This document shows positions 12,730 to 24,205 of a stretch of 64,000 bases of DNA, in pieces. Under the pieces are notes generated by a model that ran no database searches, was not told the DNA's origin, and worked only from the letters and a program-made list of their open reading frames with translations. A program made the translations under genes and the position numbers. Each line of letters starts with the position of its first letter. The first letter of the stretch is position 1. The stretch lies in the NCBI GenBank assembly GCA_043228905.1, contig JBHGNT010000018.1:14260001-14324000 (forward strand). The letters run 5' to 3'. This DNA comes from Azolla caroliniana. Taxonomy: Eukaryota; Plantae; Polypodiophyta.

Positions 12730-15700
12730 ATGTCTAGACAAAATAACGACCACATCACCGAAAGAGGGAGACGCCACGCCGAACGGCAGCGACGACGGGA
12801 AGCCCTGCAGCAAGCCGTCGACGAGATCCGGAGCGATCGGTCATTCTCAAAAACGCTTCGGCAAATCGCAGAAAACGCACTGCAGTTCCAGGTTCTACAA
12901 GCTTCCGACGAAGGCAGTAGCATAACCAGCCTCCAAGAAGCGGAGAGGTTCTACAAGCTTCCGACGAAGGCAGTAGCATAACCAGCCTCCAAGAAGCGAA
13001 GACACTACTACAGACTCTCGCTGGCGGCGACGGGGACGTAGCGGCATTTGCAACATTAGAGGCGGATTCGGATAGCGGGGAAAGCGTGGGATCCCGCTAT
13101 AAAAGCAGCCACGAGAACAACCCCTTTGAGTCAGATCACTCAGCAACATCGGAGCCAGAGGAGGAACTAACTCTGGAGTTCGGTGACCGGCAATCGCCGA
13201 GGAGGGAGGAGCGGATACCAACACCACCCGCGGAGGAACCGCAGGAGCGGTTATCAACACCACCCGCGGAGGAACCGCAGGAGCGGATACCAACACCACC
13301 TGCGGAGGAACCACAGGAGCGGAGACCGACATCGGAGGAACCAGCGCAGGAGAATCAGTGGGACGACACGATGCCGTATCCGTACCCAAAGTATCGGGAT
13401 GAGCCCGACGGAGAGGCACATGTGTATGCATTCCTGAGAACATGGGAAGCCAACCACGTGTCCCAGAGACTGACGGAGCCCGAGGTCGACCGATCCAAAG
13501 TCGCCGAATTCGGCATGACATTAGAAGGACCGGCAGCCCGGTGGCACGACAAGCACTTACCAGGCAGCTTCGCCACGTTCGAGGCATTGAAAACCCAATT
13601 TTTACGCATGTTTCATAGACGAGTGGAACAAAGGGAATTGGTCGGACAATTCTACACCACTCGGCAGGGAGAAAACGAGACGGTCCCACAATTTATCATT
13701 CGTTTCCAGACCTTGCACAGTCAATTAGCAAGAGCACCACCCGAAGAGGAGGCCAAGGCAGTCTTTTTGGCTGCGTTAAAAGACCCACTTCGAGCGATGT
13801 GTGGAATCATCGATTTCAGCACCAGCACAATGGACCAAGTCATTGATCGGGTCCTGGAAATGGACAACACGAGCCCCTTCTTGCCGATGGGGGCGTTACA
13901 CCAGGCGCTTCCGAAGGAGGAGGACCTCCGGTTCCGACAAGCCCTACAATGCACAACATGCCTAAATTCGGGGCACTCGACCGTTGACTGCACCCTGCGC
14001 GCACAGTGCATGATATGCAATTCTCGCGCCCACACAACGAACCAATGCGAGTATAACCTGTTAACTCGACAAGCGGCACCGGTCCGACACATAGAACCGC
14101 GCAATCGGGACCCGGAAGAGGATCGATTCCGGAGGGACGACCGCTACCGACGAGAACACGGCGACAGATACCCCGATAGAAGACGCGACAGCTATGACCG
14201 AGAGGAGAACCGAAGGGATAGCTACCCCCGGGACCGGTACGACCGAGAGGAGAACCGAAGGGATAGCTACCCCCGGGACCGGTATGACCGAGACGAATCC
14301 CCGGAATACGAGCGACGCAGAGAAGAAAGGCGGCCAGGGAACCGGAATTTCCGACGGAACCAAAGGCGTGGATTCTTCCGTAGAGAGGAGCGTCGGGAGG
14401 CAACAAGGAATGACAAACCAGTAGCGGCACCGGAGAACCAAAAGACCGAGGACAACCGCCGGGGAATGCCCCTCCCCCAAACATGGGAAAAAGGAGAATC
14501 CAACAACACGCACAGGGTGTACTGTTATTACTGCCGAAAAGAAGGGCATTACAGTAATCAATGCCCAAGCAAAACAGCCGACAAGCAGCCAGCAGTCAAC
14601 ATGGTGACAGCCGAAGTACAGCAGGTTACCACGCGGTCGAAGGGGAAGGCCGCCGAATGGGAAGCCCAGGAAGCAATCAGAAAACAAGCGGCACAATGGA
14701 TCAAAGAAGCCAACGAACAAGGTGCGGCGGAAGTAAGAAACCAAAATATGCCAAGGGAGGAGGAAATCGTACAGCCAGGAGAAAACCCGACATGGCAAGC
14801 ACTACAAGATTGTCAGATCGTGCTGCCGTTGGCACGGTTACTGCAGTTGGTGCCGCGGTTCACAGCAGACTTACAAGCCGCAGTGAGCAAACCGACGCCG
14901 ACGCCAGCACCGACATTTTTCTCCAACCCGGAGGAAGGCCCAGCGGTGGTTGATACCAGTAGCCCAGCAATCACGACAATCGTCAAAGGAAAGGAGATTC
15001 CAGGAACAATTATTGACGGAGGCTCCGGGGTGAACGTCATTAGTCGACAGACATGCGACGACCTAGGCATCCAGGAGTGGGAACCATGCCCCTTCTGGTT
15101 ACGCATGGCGGATACAAGCTCAGTCCGACCAACTGGTCTTCTCCGGGACTTGGAAGTAACAATAGGAGGCCACGTATTCCGAATATCGGCCGTGGTACTA
15201 GAGCTGAATGTACAAGGCGCATATCCCCTACTGTTAGGACGACCATGGCTGCGAACGGCGCATATCAAGCAAAACTGGCAAAAGAATATGATCACGTTCC
15301 GACGAGGGAAAACAAAGGTACGGGTAGCCACGCAACCACGGGTGCTCACTAGCAAGGAGGCAACCCCTTTATATGCCGAAAGCATCAACATGTTGGAGGG
15401 CTTACCGGATGAGGAAGTTGATCGGTACCTCGAGGAACACCCACAGATCGTCCCACTTTTTGAGGTGGATATCACGGCAGCAGTAGAGCCGTACATCACA
15501 ATGCCGGACGAGCCGGACAAAGTGGCGATCCGGGAACTACGCCAAGCACAGGAAGCCCTAGAAAGAGAAATGACGATATCCCAAAGGGTGAAAGCATCCC
15601 AGCTGGAAGAGGTGGACCTCGGCACAACAGAACAACCCCGACCGGTAAAAGTCGCGAAGGAATTGCCGAAGGAGGAAAAACAGGCAATGGTAGCACTGTT

Positions 15701-18542
15701 AACGGATTTCAAGGACGTGTTCGCATGGTCATACGAAGACATGCGAGGGTTGGACCCCCAGCTCTACCAGCACCAAATTCATCTAAGTACTGACGCGAAA
15801 CCCATCGCTCAACGTCGGTACCGGATGAATCCAAACTATGCGGCAAAGGTGAAGGAGGAAATTGACAAGCTTCTCCGGGTCGGATTTATCCGACCAGTCA
15901 AGCAGGCAACCTGGCTAAGCCCGATAGTGGTGGTCCCGAAAAAGAACGGCAAAATCCGGGTATGTGTGGACTACAGGAAACTAAATGCCGCGACAGTGAC
16001 CGACGCTTTTCCACTACCATTCACGGACGGAGTGCTAGATGCGGTGGCCGGCCACGAAGTTTACAGCTTCCTGGACGGATTCAGCGGCTACAACCAAATC
16101 CGAATGAACCCGGCCGACCAAGAGAAAACAGCGTTCGTGACGGAATGGGGAGTGTTCGTCGCGGTCGTGATGATGTTCGGATTAAAGACAGCCCCTGCAA
16201 CATTTCAAAGGATAATTATGGAAATCTTCGGTGATTTTATTCCCGGTTTTATGCAGGTCTTCCTAGACGATTTCGCCGTCTACAGCCGACACGGAGAGCA
16301 TCTCGATCACCTACGACTATGCTTAGAAAAGTGCCGCGAGTACCGATTAAGTCTGAACCCGGCTAAGTGCGTCTTTGGAGTCGCAAGCGGCAATTTGTTA
16401 GGCCACGTGGTGAGTCAAGAAGGAATCGCGGTAGATCCGGATAAGGTAAAAGCAATTCTCGACGCACCGGCACCGAATAGCGCAAAAGCTTTAAGCCGAT
16501 TCCTTGGTCAAATAAGGTGGCATAGTCGGATGATACGGCACCTTGCCGACTTTGCGACACCATTGCACGCTGCTGTGCATAGAGTACCTTTCCAATGGAC
16601 AGAAACGGAGGAGGCAGCCTACCAAGCATTGAAGGTCATGCTGTCACAAGCTCCGGTGGTGCAGCCGCCGGACTGGAGTAAAAGCTTTCACGTCTTCGTC
16701 GACGCGTCGGACGTAGCAATCGGCAGCGTTTTGATGCAACTCACGGAACCGAAATGGTATCGGCCGGTGTACTACGCAAGCAGGAAACTCTCGAAAGCCG
16801 AACGGAACTACTCTACAACGGAACGAGAGGCATTAGGAATGGTGTACAGCGTCACAAAGTACAGGCACTATCTGCTCGGACGAAAGTTCTCCTTCCACGT
16901 TGACCACTCGGCACTACTCTACCTGGTCTCAAAGGCAGCCCTGACAGGAAAACTCGCACGGTGGACGCTGCTATTACAGGAATTCGAATTCGACATTTTC
17001 CACCGACCCGGGGTGCAGCATGCGGTAGCAGACTACCTGAGCAGACTAGAATCCGGAGAATCAGGGGACGGCGTACAGGACGAATTTCCCGACGCCGAGC
17101 TGTTTAAGGTCACGACGGCACCGGCAACGGAGACCACAGTAGCGGACGAAGACAAATGGTTAACCGAAATGCATCAGTTCCTGAGCACCGGAGTTCCCCC
17201 GGAAAACCTGGACCGAGACGAACGGAAAAGGATGGCAGTACGGAGCAGACATTTCTGCTTGGTAGGAGACACCCTCTATCACAAGGGGGCAGATGGCGTA
17301 TGGAGGCGAGCAGTACGGAGCGATGAAAAGGATCTGATCCTGAGGGAAGCCCACTGTGGAATTGCAGGCGGGCATTATGCCGGCGAAACAACAGCCCGGA
17401 AGATATGGCAGAGCGGACTATGGTGGCCGACTACCATGAGAGATGCCGTTAAGTATAGCAGGGAATGCGACCTGTGTCAACGACTGGGCCAACCCACGGA
17501 GCAGGCCCGGATGCCACATCACCCGGTCTTGCCATTAGTACCATTCCAAAAGTGGGGCTTGGACTTTGTCGGCCCCTTTAAGCCACCGGCAATGCGGACC
17601 GGAAATCGATATATAATAGTGGCTACCGACTACTGCACCAAATGGGTAGAAGCAAAGGCACTACGGGACAACACGGCGGCGTCCACGGCCAAATTTTTAT
17701 ATGAATGCATATGGTGTCGGTACGGATGCCCGATTGAGCTGATCAGTGACCAGGGAGGACATTTCCTCGGGCAGGTGGTGGAAAGTTTGACATCATTCTA
17801 TGCGGTAGTACACAAACGAAGCACTCCCTACTACCCTCAAGCCAACGGATTAGCGGAATCAACAAACAAAACGCTACAGAACATCCTTAGAAAAATCGTC
17901 AATGAGAACCGGACCGACTGGGACACGAAGTTGCAGAGCGTGCTGTGGGCGTACCGAACGGCGTACAAGACTAGCATCCGGACGACCCCGTTCCGACTGG
18001 CATTCGGCTTGGAAGCAGTCATGCCAGTAGAATTCCAAATTCCTAGCTTAAGAATACAGGTTAAGGAGCGGTTAAGCGAGAAGGAATCCGAACGAATCCG
18101 GCTGAAGATGCTGTTAGAACTGGAAGAAAATCGAATAGCCAGCCTACTATAGCTAGAACTAGAGCAAAGGAGGAGGAAAGCCTTTGTAGACCGACATCGG
18201 CGCGGTAACGAAAAGGAATTCGAAGTCGGGAAACCAGTATTGCTGTTCCAGACACGGATGGGGAACATGCCGGGGAAATTGCGATTTCGATGGACCGGAC
18301 CATTCTGGATCACAAAGGAGTACAATGGGTCTTACCAGCTCGGGACGTTGTCAGGAGAAGTTGTGGGCAAATGGGCAAATGGGTTTCGCCTAAAACCGTA
18401 TAAGGGGCACATGCCAGCTAACCCCTTCAAGCAAGACCCGGAAAACCCGAATGGCGAGGAACCGACACCGACGCGTAACAACGACGAGGAACCGACAACA
18501 GTGCGCACCGACCCGAACACATCGGGGGGAACCGAACAATGA
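12730..18542 (+). pseudogene. Gag-Pol polyprotein with two lesions
   Basis: Three CCHC knuckles, protease IIDGGSG, RT FLDD, RNase H VDASD, integrase HHCC/DDE and GPF, with no chromodomain. A 56-bp tandem duplication (12891-13002) frameshifts the N-terminus. An in-frame TAG at 18150 interrupts the integrase C-terminus. Confidence 0.93.
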
Positions 18543-18552
18543 TGCGGCATAT

Positions 18553-18556
<4 letters not shown>

Positions 18557-18595
<39 letters not shown>
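18557..18595 (+). repeat. Poly(A) tract (~39 nt) right after pol
   Basis: Seen directly. Confidence 0.95.
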
Positions 18596-18597
<2 letters not shown>

Positions 18598-18864
18598 TGA
18601 CGTGGTGCTACGGTCAAGAAGATCAAGAAAATCATGGTAATCATGAAGGAGGTAGTTACAACCGTCAGACGGGTGCACGAGCTATTTAAAGCACAGAACG
18701 TGGGGGGGCCGATGTACAGGATTTAAAACGCGCGTCAATTAAGGAGTCATAATGACAGACACGTAGGAGATTCGACACACGCGGCAAAGAAACGCAAGCA
18801 TGATACGCGGCAGCAAAGGACAGACATACTATTCATGACACAGCATGCGCAGGCGCCAAAAATA

Positions 18865-19020
18865 GGCAGAACACGTGCAGCCGTCAAAATTAAAAAGTGA
18901 CATGCTAATTATGGCAGAACACGTGCAGCCGTCAAAAATTAAAGAGTGACATGCTAATTATGGCAGGGGACGCGCGAAAAACAGGAAAAGGCGGCTCGAG
19001 GGAAACGCCACTATATAAAG
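18865..19020 (+). promoter_or_regulatory. Putative internal promoter for ORF2
   Basis: A 48-bp tandem repeat with ACACGTG (G-box) in each unit, then CTATATAAAG at 19011-19020, about 135 nt before ATG 19155. Confidence 0.55.
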
Positions 19021-19154
19021 GAAGAACCGGGGAAGGGTTCACTTTTTACGAATTTTCCCACAAGCAAACGCAGGCTCAAGACAGCAAGATCCGACGCGCA
19101 GAACACCTACACCCCGACCTCAGACCACAGGCAGCAGCAGACGAAGAAGAAGCG

Positions 19155-22070
19155 ATGGCACTGTCGGACGGAGCACGACAATGGCTGACGGAGAACGGAT
19201 TAGGAGGGCTGCTACGGGTCGCTGACGCTCCACCACACAAGGAACCAGAGCAGGCGGCAACAGCGGTGGACTTAGCAGAGGTCACTGAAGGAGCGGTACA
19301 AGCGCTCACAGGGATTTCGGAGGAAGGACTTCAGACGATAGAGCTACCCTCGAGCCAAATATTCTTCGAGTATTTCGGCGAATACTCCCTTAGCAGCAAG
19401 GCGTATCGCACACAGGGCGGAGAGAACCTGCTGTTCGGAGAGGTGGCCCGCGCCCTGATGGAGTATGGGTTCGTGAATCCTCGTCCGGCAGCCATAGCCA
19501 AATACCGAGCAGCGATCGTCATCGCGACATTCGAAGGCCTGCAGGTGGACTGGCTCCATTTCATCACCGAAGGACTGAAAGAGGCGATCAAGCACTTAGT
19601 GGAAGGGAAGAAGCCATGGGCCGGAATATCCCAATGGTTAACAGTGTTGGTCCCACCGGTGTCCCCCATCAAGCACAAGCAAAGAAGTCGGCAGGAGACT
19701 ACCCCGAAGCAAACCATGAAGCGCCGACGAATACTAGAGAAACACACTCCAGGATGGACACAGGAAGAAGAAGCGCCGCGGGAAGAAGGATCATCCCGAC
19801 AGCCGCGGAAAGAAGGCTCATCTCGACAACCGCGGGAAGAAGACTCATCCCGACAGCAAAGGGAGGAAGGCCCATCATGGCAGCCACAGAAACAGCAACA
19901 GCAACCGACAACGAAGAAGAAAAAGGCGGAAAAAGGCAAGGAGAAGCTGGCAAAGAAGACCAGCAAGAGGCAAACCGACACCGAACCAGTAACGCTCGAA
20001 TCGGAACCGGTACCAGTAAAGGAACCAATAGTGGCACCGACGGAGGACGCTGAAACAGAGGAAGACTCATCCGAACCGATGTTAATACTACCACCCAGGC
20101 AAGGAAAGGAGAAACGAGCGACAAGACTAACCCCAACAGCGGACGGAACTCAGCAACGGGCAAAAGAACCGCCTCCAGTAACCGGTACAGAAGCGACACA
20201 GGATGAAGGTCCGTCTGCACCAGAGACGGCAGTACCGGAACCGATGGCGGCGGAGTTCGAAGAACAAAGAAAGGAACAAGCGCCGGAACAAGAGAAGAGG
20301 CCGGAGAAACAGCCGGAAAAACAGCCGGAGCTAGGCACGCCTGCTGACACCAACGAAGGCAGAACAAAGGCACAATGGCTAAGGTGGTTGTCAGGGCAGT
20401 TGTCGGGAGTAGCAGACCAGATGGAGAAAGAGGAGAAGCAAAGAGAAGAAGTGACTAGGTCGATGACTAAGGATATGGTCATGCTCCGGGCACAATTACA
20501 TGAGCTGCAAGAAGAGCTAGCACAGGCAAAAGAAGGCAGCCGACAAGCACAAGATGGCACCGAGCCGGTCGGGACATCAGAAAAGCAAGCCGAACCAGAA
20601 ACGGAGAGGGCCTTGCAAACCGGCCCTGAGACCGAGAAGTTAATAGCAACTTTGAAAGAAGAATTACAGGCTCAGGAGGCATTGAGAGATAACGAAAGAG
20701 AACAGCGGAAGTTGGTAGAAGACGACAGACGGCGAATGGAGGAAGGCCTTCGCCGAAGCAAAGCCACCAATGACCGACTACAAGAAGAAAACGGGACACT
20801 GCAAAAGGAAAAAGATAGGCTGCGCCGACGAATGGAGCAGGAAATTGAGCGGTTGCGAGAGGAACTCCGACAACAAAAGGACCGGGATGATCAGTTGCGA
20901 GCTCAGGCGAACCGACGCCTAAAACAGAAGACGGAGGAATTCGACAGACTATGTAAGGATTATAAACAGGCCACGTCGGACATCAAGAATCAGGCAGCAA
21001 CGTACGACCGACAGATGGAGAAGCTGAAAGAGCAGCTCAAGGAAAACCGCTTGGAATTGTCCAAAGCAAGGGAGGAAGTATCGGCGGAGAAGACCTTGAC
21101 GTCGGAACAAAGAAAGGAGATGGAAGTACTTCGGCAGAAAGTAGGGGAGCTGACAAAGAACAGGAATGAGGAGAAAGTGAAGCTGACTTTCGAAATCAAC
21201 AAATGGCGGAGTACCTGTGACAAGCAAAAGGTCGACTCTGAAGCTCAAGCTCAGTTAATGGCCGACATCATCAAACGGATAAGGAAGGAAAAACAAGCAG
21301 CTTCGGAACAGGCTAAAGCAGGGGTTGACCGAATTAAGTTCATCATGTCAAGCTGGAGTACCCGAGCTCAGGCCAGCATAAATGAAACCACGGAGAAACT
21401 CTGGAAGGAATGGGCACAACAGGCAGCTGAACTGCAGATACTCCGAGCTGATGCAGAAAATCGGAAGAAAAACGGAGATGGGTTCTATAAAATGGACGAA
21501 GAAAGTATCGTCAACATCCGGGAAGAACTGTCGGAGGATTTCTATGCCCTAGCAGAAGAGCATCTCAAGGAAATCCGAGGGTTAGTAGAGAGGTTGGATG
21601 ACGGACAGCTCGAAACCCAACTAGAATTGGAAGGGTACGAGAAGGACCGACTGCGACAGGAAGCCGAGGGACACACAACGCCGATCTCCATTAGTGAGGG
21701 CGAGCGACCGGCTGAAGAGGACCCAACCAACAATGCACCCCGACAAGAATTACCCGAGGAAGAACTTCCGGAGCAAGAGCAGGTTGATGCCGGGGATGAT
21801 GCAGAGTGGAGACAGAGAAGTACCGAATCCGGGGAGGAAAGGACACAACCAGTGGAAACCGGAGAGAGCGATACCGGGAACGGAACGGAGGTGGAGCAGG
21901 ACAGACCCGGACAGGATACAGAAGAAACACCGGTACCACCGGTACAAGCAGAGTCGGAGCAGCAAGATGCGAAAAGGCAGCCAATCCAATCGGACGTCGG
22001 AGACGGCACAGGCAAAACAACACTTGAAACCTCGGAGCGGAGTTTGCCTGATAATTTGGAGGAAGACTGA
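19155..22070 (+). CDS. Extra ORF2 (~971 aa): N-terminal globular region, acidic/Pro-rich linker, long coiled coil, acidic tail
   Basis: Uninterrupted frame (track ORF 18951-22070). The likely start MALSDGARQW lies downstream of the TATA box. Confidence 0.85.
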   Translation: MALSDGARQWLTENGLGGLLRVADAPPHKEPEQAATAVDLAEVTEGAVQALTGISEEGLQTIELPSSQIFFEYFGEYSLSSKAYRTQGGENLLFGEVARALMEYGFVNPRPAAIAKYRAAIVIATFEGLQVDWLHFITEGLKEAIKHLVEGKKPWAGISQWLTVLVPPVSPIKHKQRSRQETTPKQTMKRRRILEKHTPGWTQEEEAPREEGSSRQPRKEGSSRQPREEDSSRQQREEGPSWQPQKQQQQPTTKKKKAEKGKEKLAKKTSKRQTDTEPVTLESEPVPVKEPIVAPTEDAETEEDSSEPMLILPPRQGKEKRATRLTPTADGTQQRAKEPPPVTGTEATQDEGPSAPETAVPEPMAAEFEEQRKEQAPEQEKRPEKQPEKQPELGTPADTNEGRTKAQWLRWLSGQLSGVADQMEKEEKQREEVTRSMTKDMVMLRAQLHELQEELAQAKEGSRQAQDGTEPVGTSEKQAEPETERALQTGPETEKLIATLKEELQAQEALRDNEREQRKLVEDDRRRMEEGLRRSKATNDRLQEENGTLQKEKDRLRRRMEQEIERLREELRQQKDRDDQLRAQANRRLKQKTEEFDRLCKDYKQATSDIKNQAATYDRQMEKLKEQLKENRLELSKAREEVSAEKTLTSEQRKEMEVLRQKVGELTKNRNEEKVKLTFEINKWRSTCDKQKVDSEAQAQLMADIIKRIRKEKQAASEQAKAGVDRIKFIMSSWSTRAQASINETTEKLWKEWAQQAAELQILRADAENRKKNGDGFYKMDEESIVNIREELSEDFYALAEEHLKEIRGLVERLDDGQLETQLELEGYEKDRLRQEAEGHTTPISISEGERPAEEDPTNNAPRQELPEEELPEQEQVDAGDDAEWRQRSTESGEERTQPVETGESDTGNGTEVEQDRPGQDTEETPVPPVQAESEQQDAKRQPIQSDVGDGTGKTTLETSERSLPDNLEED

Positions 22071-22078
22071 AGCCGGCT

Positions 22079-22118
22079 GTGGGTTCGAAGTGCAATGCAC
22101 TTTCCCACGGGCGTGCCA
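22079..22118 (+). other. tRNA-Arg 3'-end-like element at the PPT position
   Basis: GTGGG-TTCGA-[AGTGCAATGCACT]-TT-CCCAC-GGGCGTG-CCA, 2 nt before the 3' LTR. No purine tract is present. Confidence 0.8.
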
Positions 22119-22120
22119 TG

Positions 22121-22491
22121 TGTTGGCCGGTCAGAGAAGGCAAATGGGGAAGCAAGGTCGGATCGGATAAATATAGAAATAGGAATAGAATTATTAGGAG
22201 GGACGGATCCGGTAGTTGTAACCGATCCGGATCCGAACCGATTCGGTTTCGGTTAACGGTTGCCTACCGAGCACCGATTGTAATCTGGCCGGATGCCTAT
22301 AAAAGGATCCGATGTTTTGTAATGAAAGGGCGAAGAATTAATATAGTTTTGCTTATGCTGATTAATCTTGTCTTCGTCTGTGCTTAAGTGTAATTATCAT
22401 ACGCGTGTATTAACATCCTATCCCTACCACCCCTTTGGAGAAGTGTCGGATAGACACCTGTGTTGCGGCTAGTCCAGCCATACATACAACA
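22121..22491 (+). repeat. 3' LTR
   Basis: Direct repeat of 12307-12677. Confidence 0.97.
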
Positions 22492-24052
22492 GAAACAAGC
22501 ATGGTAGAGATTTCGGGTCTAATTTCCCCCCTTTGGTTCTTAGCCACATGCACATAGGCAAGACAACCGAACACCTTTAGGTGTCCGTATGACACGTCTT
22601 TGCCGGTGCACACCCTTTGTGGAACATCTCCATCCAAGGGTGATGAGGGTGATCTATTTTTCACGTATATTGTTGTCATCAGGGCCTCAGCCCAAAATGT
22701 CTTGGACAGTTTTGCATGTGTTAGCATACTTCGGACCCTTTCCATGATGGTCCGGTTAATTCTCTCGGCTAGCTCATTGAGCTCTAGTGTCTTAGGCACG
22801 GTATACTCGAGTTGGATACCCTTCGACCGAAAATACTATTCAAATTGACCTCAGTATTCTCCACCGTTGTTGGCTCAAACTGCTTTCAGTTGTTGACCCG
22901 TCTCTCGTTTGACTCTCGCCCATAACTCTCTGAAAACCGACAATACCTAGTCCTTGGTCTTTAGGACGGAAGCCCACACCTTCCGACTATAGTCATCAAT
23001 GAAGGTCACAAAATATTGTGAGCCGGCATGTGACTTGGTGTTGACATAGCACACATCGGTGTGCACGAGTTCCAGCAACATTTTCTTCCTTGTCGAGGGC
23101 CTGGTTTTGAAAGAGGTTCTGTTATGCTTGCCAACCAAGCAATTGGGGCACTTCTCAAGTTGCATGTTCTTCACCTCCGGAATGAGGTTATCATCGACAA
23201 GTCTCCGCATACCCTTCTCACTCATGTGACACAACCTCTTGTGCCACAGCTCATCGACACTGTCGGCATCGACTGCCACATTCGCTTCCGACCAACATAT
23301 CCGAGCATGCATTAAGTACAGTCTGTTTGTTTTCCTGGCTTGGACCACAATCAAGCTCCCTTTGCTGAATTTCATGATTTCATTCCGGATGCTACCCGTG
23401 TAACTTTGTCATCCATCCGTCCGGTTGATATCAGGTTGAGTCTAACCTCCAGAACATGTCCGGCATCTAACACCCAGTCGACGTTACCAGGCACACATCT
23501 CCTATGCTGACAATTCAACATGCTCCTTCGTTTCCCATCTTTACTAGACCATGGTCTCTAGCCTTGTATGACGAGAAGCACTTTCTATCAGGGGTTAGGT
23601 GGAACGACACCCCTGAATTGACTACCCATGTCTATTCTTCGTCGACAAGATTCAATTCATTCTGCTCACTTATGAGCAGCAATTCCTCCTTACTTGTCGT
23701 GATAGCCGATGTGCCTTTTCGATCCAAATTCTTCTTCGAGTCGGCATCGTCGGCTCCCCCTTTCTCCTTTCGAAAATGTCGGCAATTCTTCTGGAAGTGG
23801 CCTAGCTTCCCATAGTAGAAGCAAGTGGACCTTCTCCTTGACTTCGACCTTGTCCCCGACTTCCCTCGATTTTGGGGACTCCGATTACGGCCTCTTCCTC
23901 TATGCATATCACTTTTCGTGACTAGGGCCTCCGGGTCAGAAATTGCCTCCTTGTCCTTCCAAAGAGCTTCCTCATTCAACAAGCTCGATTTCACCTTCTC
24001 TAGGGTCAAATGTTCCCCTTCCGGTCCTACAAGTCTCAGTGTGACAACAAGT

Positions 24053-24161
24053 TGTGAATGTAAACGTGCGGAAGCGTTAGACAAAACTGGCTCAGCCAAA
24101 TAACAATAGAGAATAAGATGAAGGTTTAATGGAGTAGCTTAACACACAGAGAATACACATA

Positions 24162-24205
<44 letters not shown>

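Larger units (their letters stand above)
12307..22491 (+). mobile_element. Young full-length non-chromovirus Ty3/Gypsy element (Athila/Tat/Phygy-like) with extra 3' ORF and no PPT
   Basis: 371-bp LTRs 12307-12677 and 22121-22491; I see only one mismatch. TSD GAAAC at 12302-12306 and 22492-22496. Domain order gag-PR-RT-RH-INT, then ORF2. Confidence 0.97.

Noticed and set aside
18150-18152. Programmed stop readthrough
   Set aside because: The stop lies inside the integrase and lacks a CARYYA context. A CAG>TAG deamination is the simpler explanation.
18951-19154. ORF2 start at 18951
   Set aside because: That ATG sits in the promoter-like tandem repeat upstream of the TATA box, so 19155 is more plausible.
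22040-22118. tRNA gene or SINE
   Set aside because: Only the T-arm and 3' acceptor strand are present. There is no D or anticodon arm, and the upstream sequence is ORF2.
12307-22491. Element actually minus-oriented with antisense ORFs
   Set aside because: The TATA, gag-pol, ORF2 and a PBS after the left LTR are all on the plus strand, and no PPT precedes the left LTR on the minus strand.
22500-22504. CATGG as the left TSD of Copia C
   Set aside because: It lies inside the C integrase coding sequence, which continues left of the Gypsy insertion.
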